Virus record (IMG/VR): IMGVR_UViG_3300012952_003947
Coordinates: 7,832-71,831 of that record
DNA length: 64,000 nucleotides
Direction: 5' to 3' (one strand)
Origin: a virus
Taxonomy: Duplodnaviria > Caudoviricetes
Shown: one piece after another, positions 1 through 10,000 of the stretch
Numbering within the stretch: position 1 is the stretch's first letter
Layout of the letters: each line of letters opens with the position of its first letter
Position numbers and translations under genes: made by a program
The notes under the pieces: generated by a model
What the model saw: the letters and a program-made list of their open reading frames with translations, nothing else
Told to the model about the DNA's origin: nothing
Databases searched by the model: none

Positions 1-42
1 TCGCTTGTTCTATAATAAGAACCAAGAATATCAGATATAATC

Positions 43-561
43 TTAACTTTTTTCGCTTCTGACAATGTTATACCCCGCTCTAGCTATCACAATCGAATCC
101 GCCTTATCGTATGACTCTGGCTTTGGATTACCCTGCTTTGTGTACTGTACACTAAAGCTATCCTCGTTGTCAAGAAGAAACTGTAGAACGACCTGTTTGG
201 CCTTTGTTCCTCTCGGAACTTTTATTCCGCAGGACTTTCTTGCGCTGGTCGCTGCCAAATATTCGGGTTCGATAGCATATCGTCTATAGCAGAGCCAAGA
301 TATGACTCCATTGAAACGAGAAAGCGTAGAAAGGGTTTTAGCCGAGGAGAAGCCGCTTCTAAAAGATTGCAGAGACTGCTCAATAAATATTCTAGAGGGC
401 GCAGTAGGCAATAAATCCATCTTTGCGTTGATCTCTTCCACCTTACGGAAGAAATTTTTATATTTTCTAGTGTCCCAAGCTTCATTATATATTATTTCAC
501 CGTTTTTATTTATTAACGTAGCACCGGTGATACTAGTGCTAACATCTAAGCCTAAAATCAT
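43..561 (-). CDS. RuvC-like Holliday junction resolvase
   Basis: RNase H-fold acidic motifs: N-terminal ILGLDVSTSITG, central IFIEQS, C-terminal DKADSIVIA; 172 aa. Confidence 0.8.
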   Translation of the reverse strand: MILGLDVSTSITGATLINKNGEIIYNEAWDTRKYKNFFRKVEEINAKMDLLPTAPSRIFIEQSLQSFRSGFSSAKTLSTLSRFNGVISWLCYRRYAIEPEYLAATSARKSCGIKVPRGTKAKQVVLQFLLDNEDSFSVQYTKQGNPKPESYDKADSIVIARAGYNIVRSEKS

Positions 562-573
562 ATAAGCATTATA

Positions 574-1752
574 CTAGAAATCTAATTTCATTTTAACAGT
601 AAAATCACGATTTTCTGTCTTTTTTATAGGCGTAGCTAATTTTGCGATCGCTATCAAGTTTTTATCTTTATCGTATATGCCAACTTTGGAAATATAAGTC
701 TCCTTCTGAAAGTTTTCATTGTGGCCATCAAAAGAACTTGAAACAATATTCTTAATTTTTATTTCGGACGGCTCAGAAAAAGTACTTTCCGAAGATACTG
801 CTGCGTTACCCGCAGAGCCGCTTATAAGATAAGTTGGATTGTTAGAAAAATTAAGCTCGCCTTTTGGAGCATGTGCCATCATCGTCATCACTGGGACATA
901 GTTTATACCATTAAAGTCCATGGAGTAGCTGGAAGATATCACCGATTCGTTAATGCAAGCATAGTTTAGCCACTTCGGACTCTCGCTCGTGCCATCATAA
1001 GAGTCATTATATGCACTTTCTAGCTCCCAAGACCCTGTCAACAACATAAAGCCTTGTCCATATAGAACAACGCCAGCTACAGAGCCAGATCCTTCAGAAC
1101 CCACAGGGCCAACTTGAATTAATTCTCCGTTTTTATTTTCGTCTTTTAACTCTCCAATAACACTGCCAGAAACATAGTATTTTAAATTCACTGAGCCTTT
1201 TTCTATCGACGAACCATAAAATATTGATGGAATAGTGACCAGATTAATTTCTTGACTGGATTTATTCCAGCCGCCAGAAGAACCATCGCCATTAATATCA
1301 GAAGTATACGCATAATGAAAGCTAGAGGGGATATTAAAATCTAACGTGTTCCTTAGAGCGACGATTCTTTTTCTTGGATGATTGTCTCCGGGTAGATCTC
1401 TATCTCCAGTAATCCTCTGGCGTGAAATTGTTGCTTGCAGAGGATACGAACTGGTTATCTCTTGGCCCCAATCATTTTTATTAATTGTTGTTGTAGCAAT
1501 TGTTTTAAAGGAGGATAGGTCACTATTCTTCGGTAAAAACGGATATATAAGATTTGACGAACGATTAACGTTCATTTCAAAGAGATTAATATGACCAGAA
1601 GTTGTATTAGAGTTGACTGCAACTTTGCCATCTGCTGCAGCGCGTTGATTTTTATAATAAATCTTCCCTGCATGGATAACAAAATTAACTTCAGGGTAGG
1701 TCTTTAGCCTGTTGTAGAATATATCATTTTTATTAAATCTATAGAATGACAT
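574..1752 (-). CDS. virion structural protein (baseplate/tail-collar-like C-terminal domain)
   Basis: C-terminus ETYISKVGIYDKDKNLIAIAKLATPIKK...KLDF resembles tail-collar/baseplate domains; paralog of 1766-2863; lies in structural operon. Confidence 0.6.
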   Translation of the reverse strand: MSFYRFNKNDIFYNRLKTYPEVNFVIHAGKIYYKNQRAAADGKVAVNSNTTSGHINLFEMNVNRSSNLIYPFLPKNSDLSSFKTIATTTINKNDWGQEITSSYPLQATISRQRITGDRDLPGDNHPRKRIVALRNTLDFNIPSSFHYAYTSDINGDGSSGGWNKSSQEINLVTIPSIFYGSSIEKGSVNLKYYVSGSVIGELKDENKNGELIQVGPVGSEGSGSVAGVVLYGQGFMLLTGSWELESAYNDSYDGTSESPKWLNYACINESVISSSYSMDFNGINYVPVMTMMAHAPKGELNFSNNPTYLISGSAGNAAVSSESTFSEPSEIKIKNIVSSSFDGHNENFQKETYISKVGIYDKDKNLIAIAKLATPIKKTENRDFTVKMKLDF

Positions 1753-1765
1753 TTATTCATTTGAC

Positions 1766-2863
1766 CTAGTAATCCAATCTAACACGAAGAGTAATCTCGT
1801 TTTCTGGAGTCTTCTTCAGCGGCTCTGACAATTTTGCTACCGCTAGCAATTCATTATCTGCAGAATATAAACCAACAGTTGTTACATAGCTAACCGGACT
1901 GTCAGAAGTTACGTTTTTAACTCTCATCTTACTGCCGGTTACATATGTTGGGTTGGCACTATAATTGAATTCATTATGATTTGCTCTACAGAAATAGATC
2001 GTAGAATTCAATTCCGTAGTATTGTTAAATTGAATATTCTTAATTCTATTTCTTAAGCCGTCGCAGGATCCTGAAATGGAACCGCTGAACATAGCCTTCT
2101 TAATCGTTGAGAAAGTATCGTTATCGTCGCCCTCTTTAGAGCCCCAATAATTAGAAACTTCAACCTCGGAGTCGTCGTCGTCCGGATTTGCTCCAAAAAG
2201 TGAAGAAGTTAAGACAATTACACCGGCCTGATAAAATACTTGACCTACAGCCTGGGCTGTGTGATCGCCTGTTGTAAACGTAGATGCCGTGTAGAGCAAT
2301 CCATATTCTCCTGCTGGGGAATTTGATCTATACTCGTTTTCAGCATTTGTATCATATAAAGTTAGTTCGCCTGCGTTGTCAAATCCGTGACTATAAGCAG
2401 AGGCGGTGGCAACTGTTAGTTGAAAACTTCCTTTCTTAATTTCATCTTTAACAAGAAGTCTGGCGAAATTTAAAAAGAAGCACTCTCTCATTGAGTCCGT
2501 TGTGGTGCCAAGCAAATCACCATCTCTATCGAACTCCCGTATGTTACCGTCGGCATCATGACCCATTAAAACTTGGGCCATTTGATTATAAATATTAATT
2601 TTCTTAGAATTTTGTGTTGCTGCGCTAGATGATAGGCCCGCGTTGGATGAGTAACCCATTGTAATATCAAATATGTGATTTGCGGAAGAGCTTAAGTATG
2701 GATAGTCATATACTGATTGGAACATTCCGTGAGAAAAATTCTTAATGTTAGAATCAGAATACGTACCAGAAACTATTGTTCCCGTGATTGGAACTGCTTC
2801 ATGCAACAGAGTTCTAGTCGAAGCAACGTCGTTGTTTAAGAGAGTTTTAAATGTAGTCGCCAT
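1766..2863 (-). CDS. virion structural protein, paralog of 574-1752
   Basis: C-terminus SYVTTVGLYSADNELLAVAKLSEPLKK...RLDY; shared NYS/FSxNPTY motif with neighbour. Confidence 0.6.
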   Translation of the reverse strand: MATTFKTLLNNDVASTRTLLHEAVPITGTIVSGTYSDSNIKNFSHGMFQSVYDYPYLSSSANHIFDITMGYSSNAGLSSSAATQNSKKINIYNQMAQVLMGHDADGNIREFDRDGDLLGTTTDSMRECFFLNFARLLVKDEIKKGSFQLTVATASAYSHGFDNAGELTLYDTNAENEYRSNSPAGEYGLLYTASTFTTGDHTAQAVGQVFYQAGVIVLTSSLFGANPDDDDSEVEVSNYWGSKEGDDNDTFSTIKKAMFSGSISGSCDGLRNRIKNIQFNNTTELNSTIYFCRANHNEFNYSANPTYVTGSKMRVKNVTSDSPVSYVTTVGLYSADNELLAVAKLSEPLKKTPENEITLRVRLDY

Positions 2864-2883
2864 TTTTAATTCCTTATATTATT

Positions 2884-3840
2884 TTAGCAAGCGCCATCTG
2901 ATTTAAGTTTAATAAATCTCACAGGGATATCAATCCTATAGCCCGTTGTAGCTCCAGTTACTCTGACGTTTGAGTCGATATAGTAAAAGCAATCATTTTG
3001 AATTGTAGCAGTGCTACCAAGCTTAGTAAATAATGTTGTGCTGGTATTTAAATCAAGGGAAGATTGGATCTTGAACCTCAAGCTAGAGCCTCGGGGGCCG
3101 GAGATTGTCTGTGTACCGTCATCTGTGGATACATTGTCGTTGTTGCTAACATATCCAGGGTTAGTTGTAAGGGATAGGTAGTAACTAGCAATATTGTCGT
3201 CATCAATAAATGATACCGGGGCCAAGCCGGCGCCGGCTGGTGTGTGAATGCTACCAAGACGATTATCTATTTCAATAATATATTGCTGCTCGACCAAATC
3301 AGAATCTAATTGGAACGCGGCTGGGATATCCGAAGTATCCAAACCTTGGTCAATTCGAATGAGCGAGCCTCCGTCTGTGTCAGAAGAGGGGTTCTCGCCG
3401 GCAAGGACACCGTTTCGGCTAGCCATTGTTGTTGTGGACGCCGCAGAGGATGTCGCTTTTTCTGAATCTTCGTCAACCGCAACAAGGAATGTTTCTGATG
3501 ACCCATCAATTAGGTACATTTCAGTGTTCGCGGCTTGTTTATTTAATTTTAATACGGGAAGGTATAAGAGATTTGTGCGAGGAATTGAAATAAGCTTCGA
3601 TTTCATTGTAGATGTGTTATTTGTAAACGCCTCAAATACGGGTGTTTGCAACACTTCTAGATCAAAATACGCACTACCCGATGCATGATCCCGATTATAT
3701 TTGGTGTAATCGACCTCATCATCGCCAAGTGCAAACTTTACAATCCTAAAGGATCCATCGCCTTTTGCCAATCTAAAACGTCCAGTATCAGTTAATACTG
3801 CGTCAAGTATAATGTCTCCGCTATTATCTAAAAAAGCCAT
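2884..3840 (-). CDS. conserved large-phage virion structural protein
   Basis: N-terminus MAFLDNSGDIILDAVLTDTGRFRLAKGDGSFRIVKFALGDDEVDY, a motif I recognise from large aquatic myophage structural genes; SD-like GGGAG upstream. Confidence 0.55.
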   Translation of the reverse strand: MAFLDNSGDIILDAVLTDTGRFRLAKGDGSFRIVKFALGDDEVDYTKYNRDHASGSAYFDLEVLQTPVFEAFTNNTSTMKSKLISIPRTNLLYLPVLKLNKQAANTEMYLIDGSSETFLVAVDEDSEKATSSAASTTTMASRNGVLAGENPSSDTDGGSLIRIDQGLDTSDIPAAFQLDSDLVEQQYIIEIDNRLGSIHTPAGAGLAPVSFIDDDNIASYYLSLTTNPGYVSNNDNVSTDDGTQTISGPRGSSLRFKIQSSLDLNTSTTLFTKLGSTATIQNDCFYYIDSNVRVTGATTGYRIDIPVRFIKLKSDGAC

Positions 3841-3870
3841 AACTCTTTTTTCTCCCAGGGTGGTCTCCCT

Positions 3871-3879
3871 ATAATTAGT
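3871..3879 (-). promoter_or_regulatory. candidate phage late promoter ACTAATTAT
   Basis: In one of the few intergenic gaps, about 30 nt upstream of the ATG at 3840; similar CTA(A/T/G)TTA elements precede 25318, 62586 and 62665. Confidence 0.4.
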
Positions 3880-3917
3880 ATATTATTTTAAATAATTTCC
3901 TTTTTATATTATAACAG

Positions 3918-6900
3918 TTAGCATTTCTTTGTTAAATCATCAGATGTTTTTTCTAAATTAAGTTTTTCTTTAAAAGTCACATTTAAATCTAACTTTCTTC
4001 CTGTCTTTTTTGAAGTAATTCTAAATTTAAAGGATTTGTTTAATGAAGACTGGTTCTCTAAACCTAGCACTGGTACCGTATCATAAGCAGAATCGATTCG
4101 TTTTTTGCCGCCGCCGGGCGTGGTCTCGTCAAAGACCGACTTGTCATCATTAAATAAGAGATGAGTTACGGCTGGCTTGATATATAAATATTTTTTGAAC
4201 TGCTTCTCGCTTTGCCGGCCAGCTTGTTCATTCTTTTTCTTCATCTCTAAAAAGTCTATTATTCTAATAACTGGATATGATACTTCTGAATTTTTTACCA
4301 TTTCCAATTCATACACCGCTGTCGGATTCGAACGATGGCCATGTATATCTTGTGTTCTAAAAGTGTAATAATATTTTCTATTTGGCTCGATGTCGTCAAT
4401 AAAAGTTGATCTACAATCAGCGCGGAGAGATGCAATACTTTTTCCTAAGAAGTCTGAATATGACTCAGGTCTACGATCAATTCTAAAAACTTCAAACCGA
4501 GTTACTAAATCGTCACTCTTAAAGACAATCGGAGGAGGATTTTTTACAAAGTTGTCATAGGTTAAATCGGGATAGAGCGTCTTTACATAATCGAACACTC
4601 TTCCTAATTCGCCACCCGTCTCTTCAGATAATCTATTACCAAAGAACATAGATAGTTCTGGTATTGCAGTATATTCTCCAACCTCTGCTTGCAGGGCTAT
4701 TAATATCTTGTTATCTACGTTACGATAGGGTACCATATCTACGCCGGGAGGTACTGGCGGTCTGTCTTGTATAATCGTAAAATCTCTGCTTATATGATAA
4801 TCCGTCTCAAACAAAAGCAATTCAGGCTCGGTAACTACAAAAACATCTACACCAGTATCCTGACCGCCAGTATTGGTTGGGCCTACGCCCATCTCATTAT
4901 CGGCTTTATCCGCCGGCGCTAGATATCTATACTTTGTTGCGACAACCAACTGCCATGCGTATATATTATATTTATATTTCTTACCATACAAAACTTGAGT
5001 ATCTACAAATTTGATTACGTCAATCTCTGAGGAATTCGTAAACCAAAAATTTTGCACTACTCTTCCGGTTTCATCGAGTTTTTCTACTCTATAAAATACT
5101 GTTTCGCTGTGAGCCCTTTTGCCAGAAATTATGTCTTTATAAGTGCGGCTTCTATTTTTCACTAAATTATTTATCTGTGCTTTAAAGCCTAATCCATAAA
5201 TTTTATTAATAAAAGGATTTGAAATGTCATCATTTTTAAAACTATCATCACCACCCAATTCAATGGTTCTACTCTCAAGATCTCCATTTGTTAGAGGATA
5301 TTGTGTCCAAAAATTAAAAACTTCTGCTTTAAACCATTTATCTAGACATAAAACTTTATTACGTTTTGTAAATATTTTATTTTGAGTCTGCTCGACTGAT
5401 GTATCAAAATCATGTAATAGTAATCTTTTTTCTTTAATTCTATTAAGAGTGTCAAATAAGAAATTTGGTTTTAGTATGTTTCTTAGTTGTTCTTGTTCCT
5501 CCTCATAGTTATATACCTCTTCAGTTTCCTCCATCGTTGTTGCCTGTGATAGACCAGTATCATATAGTGGTTCGTCGTCCGGGCCTAGTGTGGAGGAAAT
5601 GCTTTCTTGAGCCTCATCAAGAGTCCCGGGTGTTGCAGCCTGTTCAAGAGGCATCGTACTAACTGCCATTACTGATTTCAGTAAAGCATTTTTTAACCCA
5701 TGTTGTTCTAGGAGGTCAGCAAACTGCGTCATAGTGTCAGTGGAAAACTCTACGGTATTTTGCATAGGAAAAGTTTCTTTATATGTTTCGACGTCTGATA
5801 ACTGCTTTACCGTTTTTAGAGGAAAGACAACATTCGAAAACTCCCTAGCTGTTGATCCTACTGGATTTTCTGTTAGCTTTTCAAATTCAGGCTCCTCGCC
5901 TATTAATCCAGCGCCAACCGCGACTTTATTAATGGTTTTTCCCCAGTTTTTAAAATAATCACCCTTCATTTTAAACAATTCAATGTTAGCCATTGGATTT
6001 TGCAAATTTTGAGTTAAAGATATGTGTTTTAAATACGATCGATCAACAAGTTCGCGGCCCAGAACTTGACCCATAGAAACACCACCTTTTCGGCTTTCAT
6101 TTAAAGCAAGGTGGATATACATGTTTGGCAAAACGCGCTCTGGCATATAAAATTTATTTAAGTCGGCGCCGGAACCATGAATAGCCATAGTAGGGATAGC
6201 TCTTTCGTACTCCTCAACACGATAATTGTATTCTGATTCTACGTTGACGTATTTTAGTTTTCTAAGATCCGTCGATATGCTTGATTTTAAATATGGAACA
6301 TCGTATTGAGTCGAAAAATCTCTAAAATATTTTAACGGCTTAAGATCATCCGGAGCCAGCGCGCCTAGGCCATCGTTAATTGGTCGTCCACCTGGGACCA
6401 GACCATGACCACCCATGGCCGGAAATATATTTAATTTTTCAATTTCATAGTTATCGGGGCCATCTAAATCTGAATCTTTGTTTTTTTGATTTAAATAGGC
6501 TTTCTGGAAGTCGTTTGAATCATTGAAAACGTTTTTTGTTCCACCAAAGTGCAGGTCAGGATTGATTGGAAAAATGTTAATTTTTTCGTGTTTTTGGCCC
6601 CAGAGGGAGGCGGTATCGGCGGAGACTTTCGAGCCTAGGCCCAATGAGAGGGATTCAAAAGTGCTAGATTCTTTTAAAATTTCTATTTCAAAAGGGAATT
6701 TTCCTTGATCCAAAGATATATTAAATTCTAGCTTACCCTGGCTGGACTCCGAATAATCGCCCTGAGTTCCATAAAGCGCGCCGAAGGGGTTGGGCGCTCT
6801 ACCTAGGCCAAAACCAGAGTCACTAAAAAACTTGCCAGCATTAATACGAATAAAATCATAATAATATCTGCCGACACCAAGCTCACTATCTTGCTTTAAT

Positions 6901-7070
6901 TGAGTCTCTGTGCCCTCTATTTCATAACCGAACTGACCTTCTCGAATTTCAGTTTGCGTAACTCCTCTAGTTGTTTCTAAATCGTACCTGCCTGCAGCAT
7001 TGTAATCTTCAACAAAGACTACTTTTTCTTTATCTACGGTTACTGGTATTTTAATATATTTTAAAGTCAT
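3918..7070 (-). CDS. large hypothetical virion protein, possible FN3-like domains
   Basis: 1050 aa ORF coupled to neighbour by TAATG overlap at 7070; YGKKYKYNIYAW and KYYYTFRTQDIHGHRS resemble FN3 beta-strand motifs. Confidence 0.5.
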   Translation of the reverse strand: MTLKYIKIPVTVDKEKVVFVEDYNAAGRYDLETTRGVTQTEIREGQFGYEIEGTETQLKQDSELGVGRYYYDFIRINAGKFFSDSGFGLGRAPNPFGALYGTQGDYSESSQGKLEFNISLDQGKFPFEIEILKESSTFESLSLGLGSKVSADTASLWGQKHEKINIFPINPDLHFGGTKNVFNDSNDFQKAYLNQKNKDSDLDGPDNYEIEKLNIFPAMGGHGLVPGGRPINDGLGALAPDDLKPLKYFRDFSTQYDVPYLKSSISTDLRKLKYVNVESEYNYRVEEYERAIPTMAIHGSGADLNKFYMPERVLPNMYIHLALNESRKGGVSMGQVLGRELVDRSYLKHISLTQNLQNPMANIELFKMKGDYFKNWGKTINKVAVGAGLIGEEPEFEKLTENPVGSTAREFSNVVFPLKTVKQLSDVETYKETFPMQNTVEFSTDTMTQFADLLEQHGLKNALLKSVMAVSTMPLEQAATPGTLDEAQESISSTLGPDDEPLYDTGLSQATTMEETEEVYNYEEEQEQLRNILKPNFLFDTLNRIKEKRLLLHDFDTSVEQTQNKIFTKRNKVLCLDKWFKAEVFNFWTQYPLTNGDLESRTIELGGDDSFKNDDISNPFINKIYGLGFKAQINNLVKNRSRTYKDIISGKRAHSETVFYRVEKLDETGRVVQNFWFTNSSEIDVIKFVDTQVLYGKKYKYNIYAWQLVVATKYRYLAPADKADNEMGVGPTNTGGQDTGVDVFVVTEPELLLFETDYHISRDFTIIQDRPPVPPGVDMVPYRNVDNKILIALQAEVGEYTAIPELSMFFGNRLSEETGGELGRVFDYVKTLYPDLTYDNFVKNPPPIVFKSDDLVTRFEVFRIDRRPESYSDFLGKSIASLRADCRSTFIDDIEPNRKYYYTFRTQDIHGHRSNPTAVYELEMVKNSEVSYPVIRIIDFLEMKKKNEQAGRQSEKQFKKYLYIKPAVTHLLFNDDKSVFDETTPGGGKKRIDSAYDTVPVLGLENQSSLNKSFKFRITSKKTGRKLDLNVTFKEKLNLEKTSDDLTKKC

Positions 7071-10000
7071 TATTGGTACTTCTTATCTTTAGACTCGGAC
7101 TTCTGATTTTTAGACTCGGAGCCGCCGATATTAGCTAGATTGCTGACATATTCTTCGTGACTACTGCAGGGCATATATAGAACAACGCCGGCATATTCTT
7201 TGTATTCGTTAGTCAATGTGTGACTATGGAACGATCCGTTGCATTTTAATTCATAACTTCTTTTCTGGGCTTGCTCCGGAGTTATATAAATATCATGTTT
7301 GGGGTCTAGCTTTAATATTTTCTTTGCTTTATCTAAATCTATTTTACTTAAATCTTTTTCTTCTTCTAAAGTCAACTGTGGTTGTATATCTTGATTAATT
7401 TCTTCGCCGGCTTCTAACAAGAAATATTCATTATAAATAGGTAATTCAAAATTTTCATTTTTTGCCAACCCAAGAAGCTTGTTCTCGTAACGACGGATGC
7501 GACACAAAGTAGTTCCAGCCAGGGCTCCATAGTTAGAAGTAGTTAGATCTAGCCACGTTGGACTAGAATCTTTTAATTCGTGTAAATATTCAACTTTTAC
7601 AATGTTGCCGTAATTAAGCCAGAAGGCTCCGTAGTGCTCCAAGTCGCCAACAATATCTAACAAAGGATCATGCATACCTGTTTCTCTAATATTTTCTCTT
7701 TTTTGTTCATATGAGTCAAACATTAAAGTCTTTATTTGATTAGGCAAGCTTTTAAGGCGACCTCTTAAAAGTAATTTTGCTATTGCCGCCTTATCTGTGG
7801 CGTCGCTTACAGAGTCCTTAACTGCACTAAGAACACTTTTTTCAGGGTTGAAGCTATAATATGAAGATCGAACAATCTCATTTAGTAAATTATTTTTTAA
7901 CACTTTACTGCCGAGCATCGCAAATAACAATGAAGAGGGGTCACTATTTAAACCCTCATCGCCGACAGTAGACTCATAAGGGTCAAAAGTTTTTTGGTCT
8001 TTTGTTTGGCCTTGCAGATTTGATTCTTTTTGTTGATCCGCCTCTTTTATACCTTTGCCCTTATCTGATTGAGATGTGTTTTTATTCTCCTTTAAAGCAT
8101 CTGTTAACACCGCTAATGCTGAGCTTACGCTTTTGCCTACGTGCGTCCCATCTTTTGTGGCCAATTCTAATAATTGTTTCTTTATTAATTGTTGATTAGC
8201 ATTTAATTTTGAGTTAGGATTTTCTAATATATTGTCATTTGGCAGCTTGCCTAGTAGATTATAATACATAATTTTTAGCATTATTTGTTGAACTAGGAAC
8301 CTTTTTTGTTCATTGTTTATATATTCAATTGTGCCATTCTTAAATAAGTTTAAGGTTGAGTATCCTTTATCATGAAACCTAACCCTAGACGGTGTTAAAT
8401 ATGTAAATTTTTCACTGTCCGGACTGTCATTAGCAACAACCGGAAATGTTTCGCCACTTAATGTAACAGACATATCAACTGGAGCTTCTAAATCATTAAA
8501 ATATTTTAACAATTCGTGATTTGTTCTCTCGACCAGTCCAGACGCCTGAACATGTCTAAGCCCCATACTATGTCTCAAGGGAAATACTGCCGGAGAGCCG
8601 GCAGGGCCGTCAGGAACTCCTGCAAGATAATCGTAGCCTACGAAGTAGGGGGTGCTGTGGTCATTAATAACAGGTAGTGCAAAGTTAATTTTTATACGAC
8701 CTTTGTCAGAATTTATCTTAGAATTTGATTTACTATTACCAGTATGGTCATAATTATTCTGTGCCATGCCCACTTTGTTTCTAGTTAGCTGACCATCTAA
8801 GGTAGAGTCGCCGGCTAAGGGCATATTTACTCCTGATATTTTAGACGCCTCCGCTATAACAGTATCTAAAACGGAAATTAATGCCTTTAATGCTTCCGGA
8901 GTACTTCCAGCTTTTATCTCAGCTAGTTTTGCTAGTTTCTCAGATTGTTCTACCACTGATCTGCCGGCTTGGATATTTGCGTTAAGATCGTTACGAGAGA
9001 TCACGGGAGACATAACTAATAAAATTTTAAGTTCTTTATAAGCTTCTGCTGCAGCAGATACTTCAGGATTGTAAGTTACGGGCTCGGCGGTGTCGCGAGT
9101 CTCTTTCCAGACTGCGTACTCCTCCCTGTTCATGTCTCTTTCCAAGCCTGTCTGCTCGTCTATTACTTTGGGCGCCACTGACTGTACTTCTGGTCTAGGT
9201 CTGCTATTTAGATACTCAGTGCTATAAGAATTATTTTTAATATTAAAGTTTGGTACTTTCTTTACTCTAGTGGTACGTATTCTTTTGGCGCGGTTATCAA
9301 TTAATTCACCAACGCGGCCTCGAATAGGGCGATTAATATGTTTGGGAATCGGGGTGGCATGAGGATCTTTTTCTGTCGCAATTTTATAATCAGATTGGGT
9401 AAAGCCTTCGGAAGCCTCTAAGTACAACTTTTTCAAAACATCGTTTGCTTTAATTGCTTTTACTAATTTTTTTCCAACCAGGATGGGCGAATAATCAGAA
9501 ATTTCTAATTCTAAGTCATAAACATATTGACCTAAGCCGAAATCGCTAGTGGATGTATTTTTTGATAATTTATTTTGTGAAAGGGCGCCGGCATCTGTAA
9601 ACATAAAACTTCTACGAAATATATTTTTTAAACTAAGATTTCCTAATTGTAATTCTTCATTAACAGTTTCTTGCTTTTTTAAAACGATGTTTTTTTCTTT
9701 TATGCCAGAGGGCACTCCTTCATCCGAAAATCTTGCGATCATGGCTGGAGGGTCTTCTTTATCAAAATCTTCAGCTTCTCTATTTAATACTCCCGCCTCA
9801 TTTGTCATATTGTTTGGTTTAATGCGACGACGGTGAATGGTCATGTTTTTAATTTTTGCCATCCGGGCTACTTCTTCTACAAGCTCTCTCCAGTCGGAAT
9901 TATATAAACCATAAACTGACTTGATAAGAGAATTTTCACTTAATATTTTATACATATCTAGCGAATAAAAGACTGCTGCACCTTGATTAAAATTGTTGTC

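Noticed and set aside
3841-3917. tRNA or terminator in the intergenic gaps (also 61220-61275 and 62587-62664)
   Set aside because: The gaps are short (<80 bp), show no cloverleaf, and have only weak 4-bp stems without a convincing U-tract.
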